A program made the translations under genes and the position numbers. The notes under the pieces are model-generated. The model did no database searches, was not told where the DNA came from, and worked only from the letters and a program-made list of their open reading frames with translations. A DNA stretch of 64,000 bases, from positions 66,156,001 to 66,220,000 of the forward strand of contig NC_087437.1 in assembly GCF_036321535.1 (NCBI RefSeq), read 5' to 3'. Numbering within the stretch: position 1 is the first letter of the stretch; each line of letters begins with the position of its first letter. Origin of the DNA: Camelus dromedarius (Eukaryota). Positions 11,501-24,229 of this stretch are shown here, piece by piece.

Positions 11501-12145
11501 ACTGACTAAATCAAGTGTTAGCATATACTGCTGGTGGGAAGGTAATATGGTACAACCACTTTAGAAAACAGTTTGACAGTTTCTTTAAAAGTTCAACATA
11601 TGCCTACTATACAATCCAGTCATTCTGCTCTTAGGTTTTTACTCAGAGAAATGAAACTATATTTCTGTATAAAGACTTGTATACCATATTCATAACAGCT
11701 TTCTTTGTAATAGCCAAAAACTAGAAATAGCACAAATATCCATCAACAGGTGAATGGATAAACAAATTGTGGTATATCCATACAATGGAATAAAATAATT
11801 AATACTTGAAACAACATAGGTGAATATCAAAATAATTATGCTGAGTGAAAAAAGACAAAAAAGACTACATACTATATAATACCTGTTATATAAAATTCTA
11901 GAAAATTAATCTATTGTTAACTAATCTGTAGTGACAGAAATCAGATGAGTGGTTGCCTACAGGTGGTGGTTAGCACAGAAGGGTAGGAAGGAGGGATGAC
12001 CAAGGGACATGTGGAAACTTTGGAGGGTGATGGAGATGTTCATTACCTTGACTGTGGTGAATATTTCACAGGTATATACATACATCAAAACTTAACAAAT
12101 AATGCACTTTGAAAAAAACCAGTTTATTCAATAAAGCTATTAAAA
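8505..12145 (+). mobile_element. Old L1 (ORF2 to 3' end, L1M-type), degenerate, interrupted by an LTR
   Basis: ORF2-like peptides (LNNTINQLDLID..) and RT/C-terminal region remnants. The 3'UTR ends with AATAAA at 12130-12135. Confidence 0.85.
9235..9695 (+). mobile_element. MaLR solo LTR (MLT1F-like) inside the L1
   Basis: MLT1-type segments gggaagcca..ccatgttgtaagctgccc..gaggcccacatgg and gatgactgcagcc..ttgactgca..ttgtgagagacc. Confidence 0.7.
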
Positions 12146-12639
12146 TAATACTCTACAAACATTCTTATTTTTCTGAGAAGGTTCTCATGAGGGAAAATGG
12201 GCACCGTATCTGATGTCCTTTTCCAAAGAACCCTGCTAGGTGACTTGAAACCCATCTGATAGTTGTGTAGGTATTAATTACTGACACAGAAGAATGCACT
12301 CTTTTTTTTTCTAAATTCCTCATGCAGTTTAATAAGGACCATAATAATTTAACTCTGGAAGCAAAGCCGATCTTTCAGGTCAAAAGGGAAGCTCTCCTAG
12401 TGCCCCTTCTGAAGTGCATAAAATGAGGGCAATGTCATAAGTTCTGCATGAAGCTAAACTTCTTCGACTAAGGACCATCTTTTATTCTAAGACCTTTTCT
12501 CACCAGCACTTGTGGTAATGATTGTGGATGGTAGTTATTTACATATTGTTACTTCTCAGAATTGAGGGTAGCATTCCCACAATAACCCCCAGTATCTGGG
12601 ATTTTCCTATCTGGGAAATCAAGAAGTTTGAGTAACAAG

Positions 12640-13072
12640 AATTGTGTAAGTTACTACTTGTAAGTTAACTAGTTAACCTCTTCCTTTCTGCTAGCAAAAG
12701 ACACGAGACTCTTGGGTCAGAAACAAAGTACTATATTATTCATGAAAAAAGTAGTAGTCAGAGCTTCATGTTCGATTTGTGCTGGTTCCCATGCCCCTCA
12801 TCCCATGAGGTTGATGCAGGGCCCAGGATGGATCATGCTTGCACGCACAAGGGGCTGCCATTAAAGGAGAGGAACCTGAGCCTGGGGAATTCACCACTTG
12901 TATAGTGACAGGCCTGTTCTTTGACTAGGGGAGATGTTACCACATCCCTCAAGGTTGCTCCCTGCAAACACAGCCCTGAGAAGTGGTCTGGGTAAAGAGA
13001 GCTGCCTGTGGGTGTACTCAGCAGGAATGTGCAGAGCTGCTCAGGGCACATGGTAGAGTGCCTTTTCCAGCA
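12640..13072 (-). mobile_element. ERVL-type solo LTR (MER54/MER74-like)
   Basis: Segments gacacgagactcttgggtcagaaacaaag and ctcaaggttgctccctgcaaacacagccctgagaa resemble this LTR group. Family call is by eye. Confidence 0.5.
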
Positions 13073-14949
13073 CTGGGAACTTGCATGGAAGCATCTGCCT
13101 CCTCTGCCTGCACCCTGGGCTAAAGTAGCAGCCAGAAACCCAAATGCTGGTAAATGGCTGAAATAACATCCATCCCTGTGGCCAGCTCACTCTGCCACAT
13201 CTCCTTCCTGAGTAGGGTCCTCGCATGAGTCCTCTGGCAGAATCTGGCAGAGCTGAATTACATTCAATGTTCAGTGAATTCAAGCAGCTCATTCATGACT
13301 TACTTCATGTACCCTGCTCTATTTGTTCTCTTTGCCTTGGGAAAGTCCAACATATAATATGAGTCATGGTGCTCCAGGATGTTATTATCGTATCCTTCTG
13401 AGAATCTCTCTGACTCCCCAGATTTCATGTTATTTTTCATTATCATGAAAAGACCTCAGTATCTCCACACTTTTGAGAAGGATTAGACTCATCCTTATCT
13501 TTTCTTTGTTCTTTCCATACCTGAAAGCTTTATATTATCCCCTGAGTGGGGTTTATTTATCAATGTAAATAATAAATACTTACTGAGCTGAACACTTACT
13601 GTGTTCAGGATACTATGTAAAATGTGATTAAGGTTCATTAGAGCTTCAAAGGCACCACCTGGGTGGAAAAACATGAGCAAGTCCAAAAAGTATATTCTGG
13701 TTTTTTAAAATAGCTTTTCAAAAAATAATGCCTTGCTGCAGGGATAGGAGCTGTGCTCCTTTCATATTGATTGTTTCAAGTCTGTCTTCTGTGTGGTTTG
13801 AGTAATTGGAGCTGAAAGGAAGGTGACAGAAAAAGAAAAGCAGTTCTGATCCTGTTGGCTGCAGCAAAGTTTTCACTCATACTGTGCCCTATAAGGATTT
13901 CTGGGATCTTCTCTATAAGCCTCAGTTTGATGGTAATTGGCCAAGAAGGAAGAAGGGGAGCCAGTCAGGCCTAGAATAAATGCCATCTATATAGTTCCAT
14001 TTGGGAATAGTGTGGCAGGGCTAAGAAGTGAATAAGGCAGAGTGATCAGGAACAGATCCTGCAAAGCCTTATCCAAAAAGAAAGTTAAGGTTCGTAGCTG
14101 GAAAAAATTGTATCAGTCATCACATCCAAAGGATTGAGCATAGAGCCAAAAATAGGTGGTTTATCGAGAGGTCAGAGGCCACTGCCATGCAGGAACGGTG
14201 CTGGAAGAGAGATGCAGAGCAGAAATGAGGTGAAGAGATCTAGAATTGTGAATAGAGATGAAGTCTTTCTTGGGTACTGGCTGTGGGATGCAATGTGTGT
14301 GAGTCAGCAGAATTTAATGAGGCAGGGTCAGGATCAATGCATAGGAGTAGTTTCTACAAAATCCTTTCATGCTGCAGTCAAACCTAAAATAGTATCATTT
14401 CTAGATGAAGTAGACACACCCTCCTTTGTGTACCCACTATTGTAGATAGACATGCCATTACCCCATCACAGCTTACTGGATTGGGTGGAGGGGGGCTCTG
14501 TCTCTCTTACCAGATAATGAACTCCTTGAGTTAGGGCCACATCATATTGATCTTTGCATCTTCATTGTGCCTGGATTATACTCCATGTTTCCTGAATGAA
14601 CAAATTAAATGTCCTGGAATATTGACTATGACAATAAAGGTTAAGTTCTTAGAGGACAGCCATTTTTATTCTTTAACTTTAGTACGTATCAATTCTACAT
14701 AAAATTGTGCCATAGATAAGCAGTTGCTTTCCACTGTTCTTTTTTCTCCCTCCTAGTGGTTGCTCCATTCAAGAGCCCAAGGACTGACATCTGAAGCCCC
14801 AGATTTCCAGTTCTCCTTCACTCTAAACTATCCTTTTTGTCTTGTCTTACCTCTAAAATCTGTCTGTTCTTGATCCCCTGTTGGCCACAGAGTTCTATAC
14901 TTTTAGAATCCCTTCTCATAATTAGGTTGTTACAAATGTGTCTGTTGTT

Positions 14950-15560
14950 TTAACAATATTTATTGAATTACTAACAGTATATCAGATACTGTTCTGGTAT
15001 GGGGATTATATCAAAGAACAAAGTAGGCAAAAGTTCCCTTCCCTTATGGACCTTGCTTTCTTAGAGGGGTGAGCAGGCAATAAATAAATAAAATAAATTG
15101 TCAAATAAATGGAATGTTAGTGATAAGTGCAGAAAAGAGAAGTAAAACAGGGTAAGTGAATGGGGAATATCAGGGTAGTAGCTGCTATTGTAGCGTTTAG
15201 CCAGGGAAGATCTCACTGAGGAGGTAACATTTGAATATAGATCGAAAGGCATAAGAAATAAGTCATGGGGTAAAGACTGTTCCAAGCAAAGGGAACAGAA
15301 TATGCAAAGGCCCTGGGGTAAAAACATACCTAGTGTTCAAGGAAAGCAAGGAGGCCAGTGTGGCTGGAGTAGAGAAAATGAGGCAAAGAATAGGAGAATA
15401 TGGGGTCAGAGAGGTAACAGGGGCCAGATGCTGTGCGTATTGTAGATCAATGTAATGACTTTGGTATTTACTCCAGGTGTTGCCATTGTAGGGTTTGAAA
15501 CTGAGAAACGACATGGTCTGACTTACACTCAATGGGAAAACTGGCTGCTTTATTGAGAAC
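14950..15560 (-). mobile_element. L2 fragment
   Basis: Starts caatatttattgaattacta and includes tgcaaaggccctgggg and gcaaggaggccagtgtggctggag, typical of antisense L2. Confidence 0.75.
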
Positions 15561-15769
15561 AGACCTTTAACATTCAAAAGTATCATAGCCCCCTCTTAAA
15601 TAAAAGAATAAAAGCATGCTCCTTGGGGTGTGATGACTCAAGAGCAGAAGTGGCTAAAAATGAAATTTAAGCTTAACCAGCCCCTGAAATTGCATAAGCC
15701 AGTTGTCTGTGACAAATCCATATATCACCTACTTGTTCTGTTTCTCTAATTGAACCCTGATTAATACAC

Positions 15770-17399
15770 TAGGATAAGATATGCAGTATGTCTACATGGA
15801 AAATCATAAAATATTTTTGAAGGAACTTAAAGGAGTTCTAAATAAGTAAAGGATATTTTATCTTTCTGTAGCAGAATACTCAATATTGTAAAGATATAAT
15901 TTCTCCAGATTGATATATGGAGTCAATATAATTGCAAAAAAAAATTCCAATTTTTTTTCTTTTTTGGTGAAACTCAAGAAATTGATTCTCAAATTTATAT
16001 GGAAATTCAAAGGACCAAAAATATCCTGGGAAAAGATGGACTAGGTGAGAGAATTTCCTCTTGGATTTTAAGATTTATTATAAAGCTAGCAATTACAACA
16101 GTTTAAGTGTGCTATTGGGGCAGGGGTAGACAAATAGACCAATGGAACAGAACAGACAGAACCCAGAAATGGAGCCAAGCATACATAGACACTTTTTAAT
16201 AAATGGTGCAGGGTCAGTTGGCTATCCTTATGGGGAAAATATGCAACTTGAATCCTACCTCAACAAAATCATCTGCAGGTGGACTACAGATCTAAATGTA
16301 AAAGTCAGACAGCTTCAGGAATATAATGGAAGAGAATATTTTCAAGAATTTTCAAGAATATTTTCAAGAACTTAAACGTGTTAAATAGAACACAAAAAGT
16401 ACTATTCACAAAAGAAAGGTTGTTAAATTGCTTTACATAAATATCAAAAACCATCTTCTATTCACTAAAAGACCACTAAGAAAGGGGAAAAGTAAGCCAT
16501 AGAATGGGAGAATATATTCACAATGCATGTATCATTAAAAGATTTTTATCCAGAATAAAGGATGTGAGTTAATAAGAAAAACATGGAGAACACAATTTTA
16601 AATGAGCAAAAGATATGAACACCCCCTTCACAAAGGAATATATCCAGGTAGCCAATAAACAAATGAAGAAGTACTCAACTTAGGCATCATGGAAATGCAC
16701 AATAAATGCACAAGGAGCTCACACTCCATACTCACTTGACTGTCTACAATAAAAAAGGCTGAAAAACCAAGTGTTCGGAAGGACTGGGAGCATCTGGAAT
16801 TCTCACGCATTGTTGTGGGAGTATAAACGGTAACAATGACTTTAGAAAGCTGTTCAGAATCTGTTAAACCTGAACATATTCATACCCTGAGTCACAGAAG
16901 TTCCAGCAAAAATTGCATGTATGTATTCACCAAAATACATGTACTAGAATGTTCTTATCAGCACTGTTTATAATAGGCCCAAACTGGAAACTACTCAACT
17001 GTCCATCAACCATTTAATGTTTAAATACATCGTAGTGGATACACTGGCTACTACACAACCATGAGAGTAAACAATCTGACTACCTGCAGCAATATGGATG
17101 ACTCTCACCAAGATAATGTTGAGCAAAAGAAGCCAAGTACAAAGATTGTACTGTATATGATTTCACTTTATATGAAATATAAAACCAGGTGAAACTAATC
17201 TATTGTGTTAGATGTCAGGATAGTGGTTACCCTGGAGGTTGAGGGGAGAGTTTGGGGAGCATAATGACCCAAGGGACCATGCAAAAGGCTTCTGGGACAC
17301 TGGTAATGTTTATTTCTTGACCTGCATGCTGTTTGCATAAGTGTGTCAGTTTCTCCAAATTTGCTGAACTGTACACTTATAATATATACACTTTTCTTT
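15770..17399 (+). mobile_element. Old L1 (L1ME-like) ORF2 C-terminal part and 3'UTR; its last ~40 nt resume at ~23956-24000
   Basis: Degenerate ORF2 3' region and 3'UTR (gtcaggatagtggttaccct..ctgtacactta). Interrupted at cacttttcttt by the younger L1. Confidence 0.75.
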
Positions 17400-20300
17400 T
17401 TTTACTGTGGTATGGTTGATTTATAATATTGTATTAATTTCAGATGTACAACATAGTGATTCAAATTTTTTATGGTTTATACTCCATTTAGAGTTATTAT
17501 AAAACATTGATTATATTCCCTGTGCTATAGAATATATCGTTGTAGCTTATTTATTTTATGTATAGAAGTTTGTACCTCTTAATCCCATTCCCCTGCCTTG
17601 CTCCTATCCTGTTCTCTCTCCCCACTGGTAACCACTACTTTGTTCTCTAAATCTGTGAAGCTCTTTTTGTTTTCTTATATTCATTAGTTTTATTTTTTAG
17701 ATTCCACATATAAGTGATAACGTATAGTTTTTGTCTTTCTCTGACTTATTTCACTAAGAATAGTATCCTCCAGGCCCATCCATGTTGTTGCAAATGGTAT
17801 TATTTCATTCTTTTTTGTGACTGAGTAGTATTCCATTGTGTACATGTACCACATCTTCTTTATTCATTCATCTGCTGATGGATGCTTAGGTTGCTTCTGT
17901 ATCTTGGCTATGGTTAATAATGCTGCCATGAACATTGGTGTGCTTATATACCTTTTCAAATTAGTGTTTTCATTTTCTTCAGATATATACTCAATGAGTG
18001 GAATGGCTGGGTCATATAATAGTTCTGTTTTTAGTTTCTTGAGGAACCTCTATACTGTTTACCACTGTGACTGTACCAATTTACATTCCCACCAATAGTG
18101 TACAAAGGTTCCCTTTCTCCACATATTTGCCAATATTTGCTATCTGTGGTCTTTTGACAGTAGCCATTCTGACAAGTGTGAGGTGATATCTCACTGTGGT
18201 TTTGATTTGCATTTCTCTAATGATTAGCAATGTTGAGCATCTTTTCATGTGCCTCTTGGCCATGTGAATGTTTTCTTTGGGAAAATGTCTACTCAGGTCT
18301 TCTGCCCATTTTTTAATTAGGCTATTTTTTTGATATTGCATTGTATGAGCTGTTTTATATATTTTGGATATTAACCCATTATCGGTCATATCATTTGCAA
18401 ATATTTACGAATATTTTCTCCCATTCAGTAGAATGCCTTTTCAGTTTGTCAGTGGTTTCCCTTGCTGTGCAAAGCTTTTAAGTTTAATTAGATCCCATTG
18501 TTTAGTTTTGCTTTTCCTAAGGATACAGATCCAAAAAAATATTGCTGTGTTTTATGTCAGAGTGTTCTACCTATGTTTTCTTTTAGGATTTTTATAGTAT
18601 CCAGTCTTACATTATATCTTAATCCATTTTGAGTTTATTTTTCTATATAGTGTTAGAGAATGTTCTAATTTCATTCTGTTACATGTAGCTGTCCAGATTT
18701 CCCAGCATCACTTATTGAAGAGACTGTCTTTTCTCCATTGTATATTCTTACCTCCTTTGTTGTATTTGACTATAAGTGTGTGGGCTTAGTTTTGGGCTTT
18801 TTATCCTGTTCCATTGATCCATGTGTCTGTTTTTGTGCCAGTACCATACTCTTTTGATTACTGTAGCTTTGTAGTATAGTCTGAAGCCAGGGAGCATGAT
18901 CCTCCAGTTCTGTTCTTTCTCAAGATTGTTTTGGCTGTTCAAGGTCTTCTGTGCTCCCATACAAATTTTAAAATTATTTGTTCTAGTTGCCATTGGTATT
19001 TTGATAGGGATTGCATTGAATCTGTAGATTGCCTTGGGTAGTATGGTCATTTTTAACAATATTAATTCTTCCAGTCCATGAACACAGTATATCTTTCCAT
19101 CTGTTTGTATCATCTTCAGTTTTATTCATCATTGTCTTACAGTTTTCAGAGCAAGTCTTTTGTCTCCTTAGATTCCTAGGTTTGTTTGTTTTTTTAAGCA
19201 ATGGTAAATGGGATTGTTTCCTTAGTTTCTCTTTCCGATAGTTTATTGTTAGTGTATAGAAATGTAGCAGGTTTCTGTATATTAATTTTGTATCCTGCAA
19301 CTTTACCAAATTCATTGATGAACCCTAGTTGGGTTTTGGTGGTGTCTTTAGGATTTTCTGTGTATAATATTCTGTCATTGCAAACAGTCAACATTTTACT
19401 TCTTCCTTTCCAACTTGGATTCCTTTCATTTCTTTTCTTGTCTGATGGTTGTGGCTAGGAGTTTCAATACTATGTTCAATAGAAGTGGTGAGAGAGGGCG
19501 TCCTGGTCTTGTTCTTGATCTTAGAGGAAATGCTTTCAGCTTTTCACTGTTGAGTATGATGTTGGCTTTGGGCTTATCAAATATAGCCTTTATTATGTTG
19601 AAGTATGTTCCCTCTATACACACTTTGTGGAGAGTTTTTTTTGTAAATGGATGCTGAATTTTATCAAAAGTTTTTACTGCATCTATTGATAAAATCATAT
19701 GATTTTTATTCTTCAGTTTGTTAATGTGGTATATCACATTGATTGATTTGCAAATACTGAAAAAACCCTTGCATTCCTGGGATAAATCCCACTTGATCAT
19801 GGTGTATGATCCTTTTAATGTAGTGTTTGCTAATATTTTATTGGGAATTTTTGCATCTATATTCATCAGTGATATTGGCATGTAATTTTCTTTTGTGTGT
19901 GTGTGATATCTCTGTCTGGTTTTGGTGTAGAGTGATGCTGGCCTTGTATAATGAGTTCAGAAGCATTACTTCCTCTGCAGTTTTTTAGAATAGTTTCAGA
20001 ATGATAAGTGTTAACTCTTCGATGTTTGGTAGAATTCACCTGTGAAGTCATCTGGTCCTGGACTTTTGTTGGTATTTTTTATTACTGATTTAATTTCATT
20101 ACTGGTAATTGGTCTGTTCATATTTTCTATTTCTTCCTGGTTCACTCTTGGGAGATTGTACATTTATAGAAATTTGTCCATTTCTGCTAGGTTGTCCATC
20201 TTATTGATGTATAGCTGTTCTTAGTCATCTCTTAGGATCCTGTGTATTTCTGTGGTGTTGGTTGTAACTTCTCCTTTTTCATTACTGATTTATTGATTTG

Positions 20301-20951
20301 GACCCTCTCTTTTTTTCTTGATGAGTCTGGCTAAAGATTTATCAATTTTGTTTATCTTTTCAAAGAACCAGCTGTTAGTTTCATTTCTCTTTTCTATACA
20401 TATATATATATATATATGTATGTATGTATGTATGTATATTTTTAGTCTCTATTTCATTTATTTCTCATTTGATCTTTATGATTTCTTTCCTTATACTAAC
20501 TTTGGGTTTTATTTGTTACTCTTTTTCTAGTTTCTCTAGGTGTAAGTTTGGGTTCTTTATTTGATATTTTTCTTGTTTCCAGATGTAAGCTTGTATCACT
20601 ATAAACTTCCCTCTTAGAACTGCTTTGATGCATCCTATAGATTTTAGATCATTGTGTTTTTATTTTTATTTGTTTCTAGGTTTTTTAACTTTTTTCTTTG
20701 ATTTCTTCAGTGATCCTTTGGTGGTTTAGTAGCATGCTGTTTAGCTTCCATGTGTTTATGTTTTGTGCATCTTTTTTCTTGTTACTGATTTCTAGTCTCA
20801 CAGTGTTGTGGTTGGAAAAGATGCTTGATGTGATTTCAATTTTCTTAAATTTACTGAGACTTGTCTTGTGGTCTAGCAAGTAATCTATCCAAGAGAATGT
20901 TCCATGTATATTTGAAAAAATTTGTATTCTGCTGTTTTTTGATGGAATGTT

Positions 20952-20958
<7 letters not shown>

Positions 20959-20990
<32 letters not shown>
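20959..20990. repeat. (AC)16 microsatellite within L1 ORF2
   Basis: Direct reading. Confidence 0.95.
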
Positions 20991-20996
<6 letters not shown>

Positions 20997-21970
20997 CCAT
21001 TTGATCTAATGTATCATTTAAGGTCAGTGCTTCTTCATTGATTTTCTGTCTAGATGATCTGTCCATTGATGTAAGTGGGGTGTTAAAGTCCTCTACTATT
21101 ATTGTATTACCGTCAATTTCTCCCTTTTATGTCTGTTAACAATTGCTTTTTATATTTTGGTTGTCCTATGTTGGGAACATATATATCCACAATTGTTATA
21201 TCTTCTTCTTGTAATGTCCTTCTTTGTCTCTTGTTACAGTCTTTGTTTTAAAGTCTATTTTGTCTGATGTAAGTATTGCTACCCCAGCTTTCATTTGATT
21301 CCATTTGCATGGAATACCTTTTTCCATCCCCTTGCTCTCAGTTATGTGTCTTTAAATCTGAAATGAGTCACTTGTAGGCAACATATTTAGCCACTCCATG
21401 TCTCTTGATTGGAGCATTTAGTCCATTTTCACTTAATTATTGATAGGTATGTGCTTACTGCCATTTTGTTAATTGTTTGGGGGTTTCTTCAGTAGTTTTT
21501 CTTTGTTCCTTTCTTCTTTTGTTCTCTTCCCTTTTGATTTGATGACTAGCTTTAGTGTTATGTTTCTTTCTCTTTTTTGTGTGTGTATCAGATTTTTGTT
21601 TTGTGGTTACCGTGAAGTTTATGTATAGCAATCTATCTCTCTCTATATATGATTATTTTAAGCTGCTGATCTCTTAATTTCAAACACATTTTAACAACCC
21701 TGCATTTGTACTCTCCTCCCCTCATGATTACTGTTTTTGACATCATTTTTCGCATCTCTTTGTTTTGTGTATCCCTTAACTACTTATTGTGGATATAAAT
21801 AGTTTTACTTCTTCGGTCTTTTAACTTTCCTACTAGCTTTGTGTATGATTGATTTACAGCCTTTACTATATATTTGCCTTTATCAGTGAACTTTTTCCTT
21901 TTGTAATTATATATTTCTAGTTGTGGCCTTTTCTTTTTCACTTAGGGAAGTCTCTTAAACATTTATTGTA

Positions 21971-22103
21971 TTTTGGGGTTTTTGGGGGAGAGTAATTAGG
22001 TTTATTTATTTACTTATTTATTTTAATGGAGGTACTGGGGATTGAACCCAGCACCTTATGCATGCTAAGCACACTTTCTACCACTGAGCTATACCCTCCC
22101 CAC
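21971..22103 (-). mobile_element. tRNA-Ala-derived SINE (Vic-1-like) inserted in the ORF1 3' region of the L1
   Basis: Reverse complement reads GGGGAGGGTATAGCTCAGTGGTAGAAAG..GGGTTCAATCCCCAGTACCTCC. TSD cttaaacatttattgta (21954-21970) / ctttaacatttactgta (22104-22120). Confidence 0.92.
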
Positions 22104-24229
22104 CTTTAACATTTACTGTAAAGCTATTCTGGTGGTGCTGAACTCTTATAGCTTTTGCCTATCTGTAAAACTTTTTATCTCTCCATTAAATCTGAAGGAA
22201 AACCTTGCCCAGTATTCTCTAAAAAGTTTTTCCTTTTCGTCATTTTAAGTATATTGTGCCACTCCCTTTTGGCCTGCAGAGTTTCTGCTGAAAAGTCAGT
22301 TGATAGCGTCACGGGAGTTCCCTTGTATGGTTGCAGGGCTGGGCTTCCTGGATCTAGTAGTGTTGCCCTGCTGGTGGGTTGGGTCAGTTCTTGACACTGC
22401 TGGCTTTGGATTCCGAGGTGTCTCAAAGATGGTGCTGGCCCGCTGGTGAGTGGGGCTACATCCCAGGGTGGCTGGCTGAAGAGACCAAGGTGTCTCGGGG
22501 CTGATATTAGCCTGTTGGTGGTTGGAACGGGATTCCAGGGGCAGGGGTGGTCTCTGGCTGAGGTGCCCGAGGTATCCCAGAGCTGGTGTTGGCCTGCTGG
22601 TGGGCAGGGCTAGGGCCTGGGGGAGGTTGGGGGGGGGGGGTCCTGGGGCTAGTCCTGGCCTGCTGGTGTGTTGGCTTGGTCCTGATAAGGCAGGTTACAG
22701 GGCAGCAATGGTTCTGGGGCTGGTTTCCACCCTTTGGTGAGTGAAGCTGGGGTCCTGGGATAGTACTGGCCCACTGCAGTCAGAGCCGGGTCCTAGGATC
22801 TCTGGCTGCAGGGCCCTGGGTGCCCTGGAGCTGGTGTTGACCTGCTGGTGGATGGGGTTGGTTCTTGACACTGCAGCTGGCTACAGGGTCCAAGGTGTCC
22901 AGAAGCTTATGTCAGCCCATTAGTAGGCTAGATCCCAAGGTGGCTGGCTGAGGGGCCCAAGGTGTCTCAGAGGTGATGTTGGCTTACTAATGGGCAGGAC
23001 CAGGGCCAAGGGCATCGTAGGGCTGGTGCTAGCCTACTGGTGGATAGGCTGGGTCCTGCATGGACCCAGGGTGCAGGGCTGGGTAATCCTAGGGCTGATG
23101 TCTGTCCACTGGAGGGTATGGCTGGGGCCAGGGGGTCCTGGGGCTGGTGCCTGCCCACTGGTGTGTGAGACTTTTCCTGAGGCTACCAAATTACTGATGG
23201 GTGGGACCAGGGCACGGGGTTGGGGGCAGGGGTCCTGGGGCTGGTACCTGCCACTGGTGGGTGGAGTTGGGCCCCAGGGTCTCTGGCTGAAGGGCTAGCA
23301 CCTATGCATTGGTGGGTGGGGCTGGATCCTGGTGCTAATAAGCTAGAGGGATGATTCCATAATGGCCTTTGCCAGCACCAGTGTCCATGTGGTAGGGCGA
23401 GCTCCCAGAAATGGCTGCCACCAATGTCTATATCCCCAGGAAGAGTTTCAGTCACCTCCTGCCTCTCTAGGAGCCTCTCCAAGATCAGCATGTGAGTCTG
23501 ACCCAGGCCCCTTTCAGATTACTACTTCTGCACTGGGTCCTGGAGCATGTGAGAGTTTGTGTGTGCCCTTTAAGTGTGGATTCCCTATTTCCCATAGCCT
23601 TCTTGGCCTCCTGAAAGTAAGCCCTGCTAGCCATCAGGCCAGATGTTCCAAGGGCTTGTTTTCCCAGTACAGGCCGTGGAGCCTGGTGTGATGCTCAAAC
23701 CCACTGCTGCTTGGGAAGAACTTCTGCAATTGTAATTATCCTCCACTTGTGGATCACCCACCTGGGGTCTTAGCAATACCATGACTCTGCCCCTCCTACT
23801 CATCTCATTGTGGTTCCTTCTTTATATCTTTAGTTTGTGGAAGACCTTTTCTGCTAGATTCTAGTCTTTCTCGTCAAAAGTTGCTCTGTAAGTAGTTATA
23901 ATTTTGATGTGCCTGAGAGAGGTTCTTCCTACTCCACCATCTTGGCCTGAACTTGCACTTCTCTTTATACATATTTTTCTTCACCAAAAGTTTTAAAAAT
24001 TACCTTTGAGTTTCCTAAAAAGGCAAAAAGGGAAACATCCAAAAGGAAGATACATACTAGTTTATTAGTAGAGGCAAAACTATTTCTTAATATTATTCTC
24101 TAAAAAAAATTCTCACTTTAGGTTTTATATCTTGGACATTGAAGGATAAAATTGATAGTTTTACTATAAATGCAAAGGTGAATCACATAAGACTTTCTTA
24201 TGGCACCACTGATAAACACAGAAAATTAA

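Larger units (their letters stand above)
17400..23955 (-). mobile_element. L1 with both ends (~6.5 kb): GC-rich repeated 5'UTR, internally deleted ORF1, degenerate ORF2, 3'UTR
   Basis: Minus-strand start CCAAGATGGTGGAGTAGGAAG (~23945). ORF1 remnant YKGTPVTLSTDFSAETLQAKREW. ORF2 start MAVSTYLSII at ~21464 and many ORF2 peptides in 18081-21066. Probable TSD cacttttcttt (17389-17399) / cacttctcttt (23956-23966). Confidence 0.92.

Noticed and set aside
16334..16370. Short tandem repeat gaatattttcaa x3
   Set aside because: Local slippage inside a decayed L1, with no sign of function.
22335..23340. CRISPR-like or satellite array
   Set aside because: The units are degenerate and variable in length, without identical repeats or unique spacers, and they lie inside an L1 5'UTR in mammalian DNA.
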